The notes: generated by a model not told the origin, from the letters alone. A stretch of DNA of 64,000 bases from Candidatus Thorarchaeota archaeon (GCA_048882045.1 JBHLRZ010000003.1:136192-200191), one strand, 5' to 3'; positions 15,205 to 25,643 are shown, counted from the first letter of the stretch. Translations and numbers: made by a program.

Positions 15205-16911
15205 ATGGCAAACCCTACCAACCCATTGATAGTACAGTCAGACAAGTCAGTCCTTTTAGAGGTGGATAATCCTCTGTATGAAGATGCTAGGGACTCATTG
15301 GCTCGCTTTGCAGAACTTGTGAAGAGCCCAGAATATGTTCACACATACCGAGTGACTCCACTCAGTCTCTGGAACGCTGCAGCAATGGGAATGACTCCAG
15401 AAGAGGTCATTAGAGCCCTGGAGGAGTTTGCTAAATATCCAATTCCGAGTAATATCTCAAGAGAGATTGTAGACTATATGTCAAGATATGGTCAACTCTC
15501 ATTGTACAAGGAAGGACCAGACCTCCTTCTTTTGGCTGAAGAAGAAGATCTCGCTGAAGAGATATGGGCTAGCAAGAAACTCCAAGAATACTTCTTAGAA
15601 CGAATAGATGAGGTTACTATTCGTGTAGACCCTGCTCAACGAGGGTTCCTTAAACATGCATTACTTGAGCTAGGACATCCAGTCGAAGACATCGCAGGAT
15701 ATGTTGAGGGCGAGCATCTTCCATTTGAGATTCGTGAAATGACCCTCGAGGGCAAGAAGTGGGGACTTCGTGCCTATCAAGAGGATGCAGTTGCTATCTT
15801 CCACGCTGGCGGAGGAGTGAGGGGCGGTTCCGGTGTTGTTGTACTTCCATGTGGTGCTGGAAAGACAATGGTAGGCATTGGAGCAATGTACAAGCTCCAG
15901 ACATCGACAATCATCTTGTGTCCGAATGTAGTTGCAGTCAGACAATGGATCGCAGAACTTCTTGACAAGACCACTCTTCAGCCAGAGGACATTGGAGAAT
16001 ACACAGGCGACAACAAGGAAATCCGACCAGTTACAGTGGCAACTTACCAGATCCTCACGTGGAGAAAGTCCAGGGAGGACAAGTTCCCTCACTTCCAATT
16101 GTTTGATGCTCGAAACTGGGGACTCATCATCTATGATGAGGTGCACCTACTTCCTGCACCAGTATTTCGGGTAACTGCAACCATTCAAGCCACAAGACGA
16201 CTGGGTCTGACTGCAACGCTGGTTCGAGAGGATGAGAAAGAGGAGGATGTGTTCAGCCTCATCGGTCCGAAAAGATTTGACATGCCGTGGAAGCAGTTGG
16301 AGGATCAAGGATGGATTGCAACAGCAGTATGCTACGAGATTAGACTTGAGCTTCCTGATGATATGCGACGTACATATGCCTTGGCTGAAGACCGGAAAAA
16401 ATACAGAATTGCAGCTGAGAATCCGAAGAAGATAGACATCATCCATAAGCTCCTAGAATACCATGTCGGAGACAATGTTCTTGTCATTGGAATGTACTTG
16501 GACCAGTTGAAGGAGATTGCAGACGTTGTAGACGCGCCATTGATTACAGGCAAGACATCCAATGATGAAAGGCAACGCCTCTATGAGGCATTCCGAGAGG
16601 GAAAAGAGAAGATACTCATTGTTTCGAAGGTTGCAAACTTTGCACTAGACCTCCCTGACGCAAACGTTGCCATCCAAGTATCGGGAACTTTCGGGTCGCG
16701 TCAGGAAGAGGCCCAACGATTGGGAAGGATTCTGAGACCCAAGACAGATGGCTCGTTCGCTCGTTTCTACTCACTCATTACAAAAGACACACGTGACATG
16801 GACTTTGCAGCAAAGCGTCAGCTCTTCCTCACTGAGCAGGGATACCAGTATGTTATTGCTTCTGCTGACGAGAAGGTCTGGGAAACTCCTCCTGAGAGTT
16901 TCTTCAACTAG
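15205..16911 (+). CDS. xpb: DNA repair helicase XPB (Rad25/Ssl2) with N-terminal Helicase_C_3 domain
   Basis: PLIVQSDKSVLLEV, LPCGAGKT, YDEVH, GLTATLVRED, GSRQEEAQRLGRILR. Confidence 0.95.
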   Translation: MANPTNPLIVQSDKSVLLEVDNPLYEDARDSLARFAELVKSPEYVHTYRVTPLSLWNAAAMGMTPEEVIRALEEFAKYPIPSNISREIVDYMSRYGQLSLYKEGPDLLLLAEEEDLAEEIWASKKLQEYFLERIDEVTIRVDPAQRGFLKHALLELGHPVEDIAGYVEGEHLPFEIREMTLEGKKWGLRAYQEDAVAIFHAGGGVRGGSGVVVLPCGAGKTMVGIGAMYKLQTSTIILCPNVVAVRQWIAELLDKTTLQPEDIGEYTGDNKEIRPVTVATYQILTWRKSREDKFPHFQLFDARNWGLIIYDEVHLLPAPVFRVTATIQATRRLGLTATLVREDEKEEDVFSLIGPKRFDMPWKQLEDQGWIATAVCYEIRLELPDDMRRTYALAEDRKKYRIAAENPKKIDIIHKLLEYHVGDNVLVIGMYLDQLKEIADVVDAPLITGKTSNDERQRLYEAFREGKEKILIVSKVANFALDLPDANVAIQVSGTFGSRQEEAQRLGRILRPKTDGSFARFYSLITKDTRDMDFAAKRQLFLTEQGYQYVIASADEKVWETPPESFFN

Positions 16912-17867
16912 AGAAGTTTCTTCAATCGTTCAATCTTCGATCGTGTGTACTCAATTACAGCTACGCGAACTCGAGGAGTACTTAGATTTGGTTCGACGCA
17001 ACCAGCCTCCATTGAGAGAAGACGTTCTATTGACCAAATGATGATGTAGGAGAGAGCAATGGGTCTCAGTTGTGTAACCATCTCTGCATCATCCCTGTCA
17101 AGTAATCCTGGAATAGGCATAATTTCGGAAGTGGCAGGAGTTTCATGGAAGAATGCCAAGTCATAGAATCTGTTCCCAATGACACAATCTTCGAAATCAA
17201 GGAGCACAACCTTGTCCGATTGAATGACAATATTCGGAAACCAGAGATCGCCATGCATAACTGAGGAGGTCCAACGACCCAAAGAGTCTGCATGGGACTG
17301 AACCATTGGCAATAGTTCACTGAGGGACGTGTTTAGTTGAGATACTACCTTTGAACAGCTTCTGAGAAACTCGTGTGAACTGATTCGGGAGTGAGTAGCA
17401 CTGAGAAATGATGCAGGAGAATGATAATCTCTTAGGCCTGCAGGTTTCCCTCGATAAAGAATTTTGAGACTCTCCTTCAGAAGGCTGATGTCATAGTCTG
17501 AGAATTGCTCGACAGATTGATGAATATCTCCCTCAACATATTCGAAGATGATGAATGGTGTTTCATTCTTGTCCGGGAGTGTTCCTATGGATAATGGGGA
17601 AGCCGCGATGCCCAATCTGTTGTAGTAGTGTGAGATGTCAAAGAGTGATTTGTAATAGTTGGGATTTTGCTTAGAAACACGCCAAGGCAGTTTCAGTACA
17701 AAGTTGCCATCAGCATATTGACCACGTATATTGATGTTCGACCATCCTCCAAGTGTGGATATGTCTAATGACATAGTAGAATCGAAGATAGCACATGATT
17801 CTGATAGTAGACTCTGTATTTCATAGATGGTATGTCCATGAACTTTGAACAAATGGCGCTCCTTCAT
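16908..17867 (-). CDS. Aminoglycoside/choline phosphotransferase (APH) family; start uncertain
   Basis: GGWSNIN, FVLKLP, HGDLWFPNI, LLDFE, YDLA. Confidence 0.8.
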   Translation of the reverse strand: MKERHLFKVHGHTIYEIQSLLSESCAIFDSTMSLDISTLGGWSNINIRGQYADGNFVLKLPWRVSKQNPNYYKSLFDISHYYNRLGIAASPLSIGTLPDKNETPFIIFEYVEGDIHQSVEQFSDYDISLLKESLKILYRGKPAGLRDYHSPASFLSATHSRISSHEFLRSCSKVVSQLNTSLSELLPMVQSHADSLGRWTSSVMHGDLWFPNIVIQSDKVVLLDFEDCVIGNRFYDLAFFHETPATSEIMPIPGLLDRDDAEMVTQLRPIALSYIIIWSIERLLSMEAGCVEPNLSTPRVRVAVIEYTRSKIERLKKLL

Positions 17868-17923
17868 TTCTGGAGTGGATGAATCATGACAACTTCTAAA
17901 AGGCTGTCGGAAATCGCCTGTCC

Positions 17924-18211
17924 ATGAACGGGAGAGACCTACTTCTAATTCTAACACACCTATTCAGAAAGAAAGGCAACCCTGTTCGTATAGAGGATGC
18001 AGTTGAGTTCATATCATTCCGTTGTAGGTATGGTACACCGAGTATGGTACGAAGGATCCTCACCATCGGAACTGAGAATGAGATGATTGTTAGAGAGAAT
18101 GACTGCATCAAAGCAGAATTTCTATACGACAAACAAATTCTGTCACCCAATCTCGTTGAGATGTTAAGAGATAATTTGACTGTTGGGAAGGAAATCGAAC
18201 CGATGTCCTAG
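17924..18211 (+). CDS. DUF2240-like small archaeal protein
   Basis: LILTHLFRKKG...ISFRCRYGTPSMVRRIL...IKAEFLY pattern. Confidence 0.55.
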   Translation: MNGRDLLLILTHLFRKKGNPVRIEDAVEFISFRCRYGTPSMVRRILTIGTENEMIVRENDCIKAEFLYDKQILSPNLVEMLRDNLTVGKEIEPMS

Positions 18212-19320
18212 GACTCCTCTGTTACAAACACTCGTAAGGAAGCCAAAAGAGAAGTTAGATGAATGAATGCGTTCTTGCCCTGGAGAAGACGATAGTCAAT
18301 CTCCGCAACCCTATCAATCACAGCAGTCATTATTTCTGGTTCAAATGGACGCTTCACCAAATCGCGCTCGATTTCTAGACAGACCTCTTGGGGGGAGTAT
18401 CCTTCAATTGCTAGAAGATTCCGTAAGGTCTTTCGAGCTGGCCCATATTGACCATCCAGCGATAAGGTCACAATTTTCCTGACCCGATTTACAAGCTGAG
18501 TTTCAGAGTACTTATAGACAACATCCTCGGTTACTGATGGACTTGCAGTGTGAGCAATCTGTAGAAGGCTGATTGCACGACGTAGGTCACCATTTGACTC
18601 ACGAGCAATGGCAGTGATTGCTGCATCATCAACCTCCACCTTCTCCTTTGATGCAATCTCTCTGATAAGATCTTGAGTAGTTTCTAGAGAGGATGCAGGG
18701 AATCTCAGAACCAGTGACCTTGAGAGAATTGCTGGACTCCATCCAGTCAATGTTGGAGTGATTAGGATGAACCTGCATGCATCACTGTACATTTCCATTG
18801 TACGTCGAAGTCCCTGTTGCATACTGTATGTAAGAGCATCAGCCTCATCCAGTACTAGGATTTTGATCTTGTCATCAAGGACAGTACCTGTTGAGGCGAA
18901 GAACCTGATGGATTCCTGAAGAAGCTGACTGCGCGTTGGTTCCCCAGAACGACCTCTCAGTTTTCGTGCAGCCTTTGCTTCTCTATACACTACTGACATG
19001 TATTCATCGAGTTCTGAGCGTTCTTCTCGACCAAGCTTTGCCAAATCTTGGACAGACCTTTTGGCTTTAGTTGCAGGAACATCCCAGACATCGCGAATAT
19101 TGAGCATCTTGTAGTTGGCGCTAAAACTGTCAGTGAGAATCTTTCGTGAGAAGATCTCTGCAGCTGCTGTCTTGCCTGTGCCGGATGGGCCATAAAAGAT
19201 CATATTGGTGTACACACTGGACTCTGCCAAGGACTTTAGCTGATTGATGGTACTCTCTTTCCCAACGAAGTCATCCCATTCCTTGGGTCGATACTTGACA
19301 CACCAGAGGGCCGGTTCCAA
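18208..19320 (-). CDS. rfcS: Replication factor C small subunit paralog with internal insertion
   Basis: WCVKYRPKEWDD, GPSGTGKT, LVLDEAD, QQGLRRTME, ILSRS, GDLRRAI. Confidence 0.88.
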   Translation of the reverse strand: MEPALWCVKYRPKEWDDFVGKESTINQLKSLAESSVYTNMIFYGPSGTGKTAAAEIFSRKILTDSFSANYKMLNIRDVWDVPATKAKRSVQDLAKLGREERSELDEYMSVVYREAKAARKLRGRSGEPTRSQLLQESIRFFASTGTVLDDKIKILVLDEADALTYSMQQGLRRTMEMYSDACRFILITPTLTGWSPAILSRSLVLRFPASSLETTQDLIREIASKEKVEVDDAAITAIARESNGDLRRAISLLQIAHTASPSVTEDVVYKYSETQLVNRVRKIVTLSLDGQYGPARKTLRNLLAIEGYSPQEVCLEIERDLVKRPFEPEIMTAVIDRVAEIDYRLLQGKNAFIHLTSLLASLRVFVTEES

Positions 19321-19502
19321 TCTGTCACACCTACCCTCGACTCATCTCAAGTATACATAAGCTTGTTTCTTTTCCAGAAAACCTATGTAGATGTAATTCA
19401 CAACGTACCCGATTTGAGATGATGACAGAACCAAAAGTTACTTAATTACTCAAAAGCTGGGCGCTTGTTTGCAAATCTCAAATCTACGGTCTGGGAAACA
19501 GA

Positions 19503-21230
19503 ATGGCGAAAGAAACACTGGAGAAAGAACTTGAACACATCCTACGAGAGGATCTACTCATTGCCTGTCAGAAATGGGGAATCGACATTACTGGCAAAGA
19601 CAGTGGTGCGTCTCTTATCAAGATGCTCGCAGAGAGGATGAAGGACCCTGAGGTACGTGAGGAAATCTTTGCCACATTTACCCCCCTAGAAAGAGACCTC
19701 CTCGGTGTTCTTACACTTAGTGGAGGTGCGATGAGCTACGACAGACTCAAGCCATTCAGGAAAATCTATAGCTATGGTCAATTGAATCAGACTGAAAGAG
19801 ACCTACGAAAGAAAGGAATCATCATTCGAAGGATGATGTCGAGACTCACTGAGTTTGGGAGGGAGGTAGCGGAGTTCAAAATTTTGGAGTACTTCATTCC
19901 GCATCTCAGGAGTCTTTTTTCATCTAAGCCTGAACCCAAACCAGAAAAACCACAAAAGGTCAAGAACATTGTAGATGAGAGAGATAGTTTACTCATTGAC
20001 ATGCTACAACTGGTATCCTACATTGCCAAGAACGAAGTTCACATGACTAGTTCTTGGGAGTTCCCGAAAAGAGAGATAGACCACATAAAGCAGGCAATGT
20101 CAAAGACTACAGATGACCGATTTGAACTTGTTCAGAAACTAGCTCGCAAAGTCGGAGCCTACACAATTGGCGAGAACGATAGAGTGATGCCAGCCAATGT
20201 GAACGCACTTTTTGCAGGGCACCACTTCCATGTAGCAAGACGACTGTTGAAATCACAGCTAGGACGAACACGAGCAATCTGGGCTACCCCAGACCAACCA
20301 ACTGAATACACACTAAACCTCGCGATATGTAGACTAAGAGAGTCCACAACTGAAGAGTGGATCAGTATTGAGGAGTTACGAGATTGGATACGGAGCGAGT
20401 TATTCATTGACAATCAGCAGTTGAAATGGATCCAGGTGGATGATGAGAGGGTACAGCTATCCTTGGAAACCCCAATCCTCTTGGGCATCGTCGAGGCTGC
20501 GTATAGGGGGAAGAAACTACTAGGTGTCCGACTCACTGATGTTGGAGCTGATGTGTTGAAAGGCAAATCAGACTCTGGAACAAAGGGAAATGGAGAGAGT
20601 TTCTTTGTACTACCCAATTTTGAATTGACAGTCTTTACAAGCGAGATGGAGTTTCAGAACCTCTATCGTTTGATGCTCATCACAGAACCTGTACGCACTG
20701 ATGTAGTTAGCACTTTCAAGCTCTCTGATACCTCTGTGTTTCAAGCGATCGAGATTGGCCTTCGTGAGGACGACATCCTTGGGTTCCTTGAGAAGGAGAG
20801 TAGTAAACCAATTCCAAGGAATGTTGTCAGATCAATTACTGACTGGACCTCACAGACTACGTTTACTACTATTGAAGATGTTACACTCTTTGAAACAGAG
20901 AACGAGAAGGATATGGAAAAGCTGATGCTCATACCTGAATTTACTAAGTCAATTGTAAGAAAGATAGGGCCTACAGCAGTAGTTGTGTCTGGGGACATGG
21001 AGAAGTTCAGTGACAGTCTTCGAAAACACAAGTGTATGGTCAAACGGAAGGAACAAAGTGTAGAATCCGAACGCATACCTGGTAGTTCTGTAGCTGAACA
21101 TTTCCTTCTCTATAGCGAAGAACAGACTGTGGAAGATGTCCCTGAACCTTGTGAAGACTGTCCTGCAGTACAGTCTTGTAATAAGATGATCCGAAGGAAA
21201 GGTCGAGTTCAGAGAAGTGTAACAAGCTGA
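19503..21230 (+). CDS. Helicase-associated (Helicase_C_3; Tfb2/p52-like) protein, probable XPB partner
   Basis: FFVLPNFELTVF...FKLSDTSVFQAIEIGLREDDILGFLEKESSKPIPRNVVRSITDW; C-terminal CEDCPAVQSC. Confidence 0.75.
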   Translation: MAKETLEKELEHILREDLLIACQKWGIDITGKDSGASLIKMLAERMKDPEVREEIFATFTPLERDLLGVLTLSGGAMSYDRLKPFRKIYSYGQLNQTERDLRKKGIIIRRMMSRLTEFGREVAEFKILEYFIPHLRSLFSSKPEPKPEKPQKVKNIVDERDSLLIDMLQLVSYIAKNEVHMTSSWEFPKREIDHIKQAMSKTTDDRFELVQKLARKVGAYTIGENDRVMPANVNALFAGHHFHVARRLLKSQLGRTRAIWATPDQPTEYTLNLAICRLRESTTEEWISIEELRDWIRSELFIDNQQLKWIQVDDERVQLSLETPILLGIVEAAYRGKKLLGVRLTDVGADVLKGKSDSGTKGNGESFFVLPNFELTVFTSEMEFQNLYRLMLITEPVRTDVVSTFKLSDTSVFQAIEIGLREDDILGFLEKESSKPIPRNVVRSITDWTSQTTFTTIEDVTLFETENEKDMEKLMLIPEFTKSIVRKIGPTAVVVSGDMEKFSDSLRKHKCMVKRKEQSVESERIPGSSVAEHFLLYSEEQTVEDVPEPCEDCPAVQSCNKMIRRKGRVQRSVTS

Positions 21231-21328
21231 GAGGATTTAGGCCTGGATAAGTTGCAGGAAATTTCATTGAGTGGGTGGTCTCGATGAGCCTGAGATGGCT
21301 CTTCATTACACCTGTTCATTTTTCACCG

Positions 21329-22183
21329 TTATCCAACCAGCAATGGGAACAGACGCGGTGGAATATGTGGTGGAATGAATCCTGGAAAGAAGATATTCAT
21401 CAATGGGAAGAAAGGCGAGAAAAGCACGGTCACAAGTAGTAAAATCGCAAATGACAACGTGTGGGTTGCAGTGACATACGTATAGTAAGGTCGTATGTAA
21501 GAGTAGAAGGCAAAGGCTGGAATCGACAAGGCCACCATAGCCATAATCTCTACTGGATTAAAGAAGAATGGCATGGAGATCGGCCATAGGAAGTAGAACA
21601 GCCCTGTGATCTTCTCACTTGAGGTTTCATGGTGGGCAATCTTGTGTATACCATCTACTCCCTGAGATAGGAAGAAGACTGGAATCAACAGCCACCACTG
21701 GAGACCAACGAAGAACATTGGTCCAGCATAGAATAGAAGATCGCCAATGCTCTCGACTCTCTCCCAGAATGGATTCCTGCTAACGAACTCAGTCATCTCT
21801 GTCATATAGTAGCCTAGCATCTGGAAGGCTACCAGAACCGGAAGTAGAAAGAACGAGATGATGATCATAATCGTAGCAGCTCGTGGTAACCTGAGGATTT
21901 TACCTTCATGGTAATTGTCCAAAGGATAGATTCCATGTAGTGTGAAGGCTGTCAGTAACACAAGTAATCCACTTGGAAGAAAGTATAGAGGTTGAAAAAG
22001 ATACATCCAGACTCCAAATACTTCGTAGACGTTGCCATTGAGCATACTGAAAGAGGGATTGAGAATAGGTATGAAGTACCAGACACCGAACACTACGAGT
22101 AGTTCAGGAATCAGCATTTTCATGCGATAGTCTTGAATGAACTTCATGAACAAACCAGGTTCTTTGGACTGTTCTTCCATCAT
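21329..22183 (-). CDS. Polytopic membrane protein (possibly degenerate CPBP/CAAX-protease fold)
   Basis: About 7-8 TMs; late ATHTL His motif, no EExxxR. Confidence 0.55.
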   Translation of the reverse strand: MMEEQSKEPGLFMKFIQDYRMKMLIPELLVVFGVWYFIPILNPSFSMLNGNVYEVFGVWMYLFQPLYFLPSGLLVLLTAFTLHGIYPLDNYHEGKILRLPRAATIMIIISFFLLPVLVAFQMLGYYMTEMTEFVSRNPFWERVESIGDLLFYAGPMFFVGLQWWLLIPVFFLSQGVDGIHKIAHHETSSEKITGLFYFLWPISMPFFFNPVEIMAMVALSIPAFAFYSYIRPYYTYVTATHTLSFAILLLVTVLFSPFFPLMNIFFPGFIPPHIPPRLFPLLVG

Positions 22184-22195
22184 TTCACCTCAAAG

Positions 22196-22495
22196 TCAGT
22201 CGAAGGTAGGTTTCCGTGTGGCAACATCTTCATCTTCCTCACGCAGTTTATGCTGGAAAGGTCGTCCCTGACCATAGATTTGTGGGTCCATTCCCTTTGT
22301 CCTGTTCATGATTGTATAGAAACCACCAATCTGAATTGCGAGTGAAATAAGGGAAATCACAAAAACATCAGGAAAGTACTCGTGAACTGAGAAGAATGGG
22401 AGTTGTAGAACCCAAACCAGTGGATATAGAATCACTTGTACAATGATTCCAAAGAGAAGCATCAACACCCATTTGTCTGTCCAGTTCGATGTCAT
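22196..22495 (-). CDS. 2-TM membrane protein
   Basis: 99 aa, two hydrophobic helices and a charged tail. Confidence 0.6.
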   Translation of the reverse strand: MTSNWTDKWVLMLLFGIIVQVILYPLVWVLQLPFFSVHEYFPDVFVISLISLAIQIGGFYTIMNRTKGMDPQIYGQGRPFQHKLREEDEDVATRKPTFD

Positions 22496-22566
22496 TGTCC
22501 TATAATCCCGTCGCGTGCGTATGATTGGTTCGCGATTGAGGGACTAATTAAAGGTGTCTGTTGGGT

Positions 22567-23526
22567 CTATAGAGGATTATAGGTGTCAGCTAGTTCTCCA
22601 GCCAAAACTGCAGCCAGCTCTCTGAAGTCTCTGGTCGAAATGCTTGGAACACTGCTCGTTCGCTTTGGAATATCAAAACGAGCAACTATAACAATAACAT
22701 CATCATCCATTGAATACTCGAAGAGTGCTGGATATCTCGTGTGAATTCTATACCTCTCTTCCCTCGGGGCGATGGTTCCTCCCTTATAGATTGTACCAAC
22801 CAAGTAGGGATAAGCAAATCCAGAGTGTGACACTTGCACCTTCATCTGGACAGTTTCAGGAAGCCCTTGTACGTACGCCTTAATCTCAGCATCGAGAATG
22901 GTCTGAACACCTTCACGAATCCCTAGCTCGACATTCATACCTGCGCGAATGCCAGTAACTCCAGACATTGCCCTAGCGAACTCATATGTATCACCCATCA
23001 CAGGAGCCTTGAAGAATTCCTGTGCATCTATCTTGGGAATTCGAAATCCAAATACGAATCCAGTGACAGCAACAATTGCATAGAGGACAGTTATCAGAAT
23101 GACTGAATCGACGAACGGATTGAAAAGAAGGATATTGAATTCAGGTAGAAGCAGCATTGCAAACCCGAGACTCACAACGATGAGCATTGAACAGCAAGAG
23201 CTGCACCAATCACCTGGATGAGCGTATAAGTCCCCATATGATTCTTCATACTTCTCAATCATATCTTCATACTCTGCAAAGGTGACCCAGGTTTTCTTCT
23301 TCTCCCATTTTCCAGGAATATAGTCAATCGCTCTCTTTGATCCAGCTCCCATCCCGAATGATATAATGAAGAGTATGAGTGGCAATCCAATGTAGATCAA
23401 AATCTGATAGGATGGATAAAGGTAGTTGAATACAATAGCAGCAATTGCGGTTACGAATGCAATGACTGCAAATGCTTTGTTAACATTTCCTTGGCGACTA
23501 TAATCAATAATCTTCGGTTCGGTCAA
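22567..23526 (-). CDS. 4-TM membrane protein with soluble C-domain (paralog C)
   Basis: AIDYIPGKW...EYEDMIEKYEESY shared with the two upstream genes. Confidence 0.7.
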   Translation of the reverse strand: MTEPKIIDYSRQGNVNKAFAVIAFVTAIAAIVFNYLYPSYQILIYIGLPLILFIISFGMGAGSKRAIDYIPGKWEKKKTWVTFAEYEDMIEKYEESYGDLYAHPGDWCSSCCSMLIVVSLGFAMLLLPEFNILLFNPFVDSVILITVLYAIVAVTGFVFGFRIPKIDAQEFFKAPVMGDTYEFARAMSGVTGIRAGMNVELGIREGVQTILDAEIKAYVQGLPETVQMKVQVSHSGFAYPYLVGTIYKGGTIAPREERYRIHTRYPALFEYSMDDDVIVIVARFDIPKRTSSVPSISTRDFRELAAVLAGELADTYNPL

Positions 23527-23572
23527 GCCAATCCATCCTCCGACTCTTGGAAGACACGGGATGAAATAAGGT

Positions 23573-24514
23573 CTACGCTGGAGTTCTGAAACGGTTCAGA
23601 TAACTCTCAACTTCTTCCAGGACGTCCGCGAGGAGCTCTTGTTCTCCCTTTGCATTGATGTATGCAAGTAGAATCTTCTTGACAATCCCCGCTATAAAGT
23701 AGGATGTTAGCTGTTGCAGAGACCCCTCAGCCACGATCGATTCCTCACCATCACCCAATTGTAGGTATGCTACAAATTTGCACAAATCTCCTGTTTCTCC
23801 TAGCTCAAACTCGATCCAAGAAACGCCCTCGATGTCCTCAATCCTAGCAGTGGGTGTTGGATCGCGAATGGTATAGTATCCCTCAACCTCACCGAGAGTG
23901 ACTCGTATTCCAGCCCATGATATTCCAGGAGATTTACTCATTGTGTCAATGATTCTCCGGAGTTGTTTTTGATTGGGGTATGTGAAGTAGAAAGTGGCTT
24001 CATTCGGAATGAACCTGAACAAGACATTGGCAAAGAGAATACCAAAGGGGACAAATAGAACACCGAATACGACTGGTGTTGCAGCAATTATGCTTGTTGT
24101 GGTCTGCATAGTCACAAACGGGAAGAGCACAGCTCCAATATACACAATGATTAGAATGAATATCGAAGGATAGTCGATTATTGAGAGAACATGCCGATAT
24201 GCTTTTTGATACTCCTTGGTCATTTCTTCATACTCTGTGAACATGACTTCGCGTTCTCGCAGATTCCAAGTTGGTTCGGTGTAGGAGATTCCTGTTTTAA
24301 TTCTCCAAGTAATCGCAGCAAGAGCTGGCATCAGACTGAGGAAAAGCAGAGTCGCCCAAAAGAACCAGACGTAAGGATATACGTACAAGTTTAGTAGGCG
24401 ATATTGTGCCACCTCGAATCCCATATAGCTCCAGACTAGAATGACTATGAACATGAGAACTTGGAGGTAGATTGTTGATTTTTGATTGAAAGGCGCATCA
24501 GTCATGTTATTCAC
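23573..24514 (-). CDS. 4-TM membrane protein with soluble C-domain (paralog B)
   Basis: GISYTEPTW...EYEEMTKEYQKAY. Confidence 0.7.
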   Translation of the reverse strand: MNNMTDAPFNQKSTIYLQVLMFIVILVWSYMGFEVAQYRLLNLYVYPYVWFFWATLLFLSLMPALAAITWRIKTGISYTEPTWNLREREVMFTEYEEMTKEYQKAYRHVLSIIDYPSIFILIIVYIGAVLFPFVTMQTTTSIIAATPVVFGVLFVPFGILFANVLFRFIPNEATFYFTYPNQKQLRRIIDTMSKSPGISWAGIRVTLGEVEGYYTIRDPTPTARIEDIEGVSWIEFELGETGDLCKFVAYLQLGDGEESIVAEGSLQQLTSYFIAGIVKKILLAYINAKGEQELLADVLEEVESYLNRFRTPA

Positions 24515-25522
24515 TCACGACGTTTCCACTCCAAGCTTGTCCAAGAATGCAGTAAGCTCATCACTCTTACCTCTTGTGTGGAGCCATTCTAAAATTATGA
24601 TTGCCGCAGCGTTCTCTATCAATTTTCTAGGATCTTTCACTCCTGGATTGCCACTCTTGTATGTAATAGGATACTTGACATAGTATCCATTCTTGTCTTG
24701 GTCCACATACTTTCTGAAATACTGATCCTCAGAGAACCACCACCAAATCACCTCTGGATGCTTGTCAGATTCGTAGAGACGGCAAAGGATTCGATTTACA
24801 GATCCAAGCTCCTCAGTCCAAGACTCAATATATCCCTCTCTCTCAATTCCAGAGATTCGACTGACAACTCTCGGAGCATCATAGACACTGTACCCATCCT
24901 TTTCAGCCTTATCGAAGACAATCCTGATGTTTGTGAGTCCAGATATGTCCTCCTGAGATTCAGCAAGTTTGATAGTTTCTCGAACAAGGAGGATTGTAAA
25001 ATCCTCAGACGCTTCGTTCGATGTAGCCCGGAGAGCCCCGATTGAAGAAACTGTAAATGATAGTCCTAATGATAGGGAAAACATCCACCGGTCCAATGGA
25101 GCAAGAGAGGGGTTTTCAATAAGGAGATAGACAGGAAAAGCAGCCATAATAAGAAGGAGTGCAATGGGAATGAAGAAGATCCAGTAGTTGCTGTTCGCAA
25201 CCATCCTCCAGTATTTTCGTTTGTACTCTTTATTCATGATCTTGGTGTCTTCTATGGACAACTGTGTTGGTTCGTAGTGCCAACTAGGCTCAGTATAAAC
25301 AATAGCATTCTTCTTGCCATACCAGCCAATTCCAAAACCAGTGATGGTAAGAGTCAGTGGAAGCATAACAAATGCTGCAAAGTTGATGAGAATATCACCT
25401 GTGGCCAGTCTGAAAATGTAATCTGAGATAACATAGCCGACGATAATACTCCCAGAAATTCCCAAGAGAATTGCAGCAATGGTCTTGGCAATCGATCGAT
25501 AGGCAATGATGCGCTCAGTCAT
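24515..25522 (-). CDS. 4-TM membrane protein with soluble C-domain (paralog A)
   Basis: AIVYTEPSW...DTKIMNKEYKRKY. Confidence 0.7.
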   Translation of the reverse strand: MTERIIAYRSIAKTIAAILLGISGSIIVGYVISDYIFRLATGDILINFAAFVMLPLTLTITGFGIGWYGKKNAIVYTEPSWHYEPTQLSIEDTKIMNKEYKRKYWRMVANSNYWIFFIPIALLLIMAAFPVYLLIENPSLAPLDRWMFSLSLGLSFTVSSIGALRATSNEASEDFTILLVRETIKLAESQEDISGLTNIRIVFDKAEKDGYSVYDAPRVVSRISGIEREGYIESWTEELGSVNRILCRLYESDKHPEVIWWWFSEDQYFRKYVDQDKNGYYVKYPITYKSGNPGVKDPRKLIENAAAIIILEWLHTRGKSDELTAFLDKLGVETS

Positions 25523-25643
25523 CCTGACTCCACCTGAAACAGTCTGACCAGCCTTCAGAAACTCTTTAAGGATTGCTAAACGTAAACGCTTATTACTGCG
25601 AATGTCAATTCATTATTGTTAATTCTTATTCAAGGAGATTACA

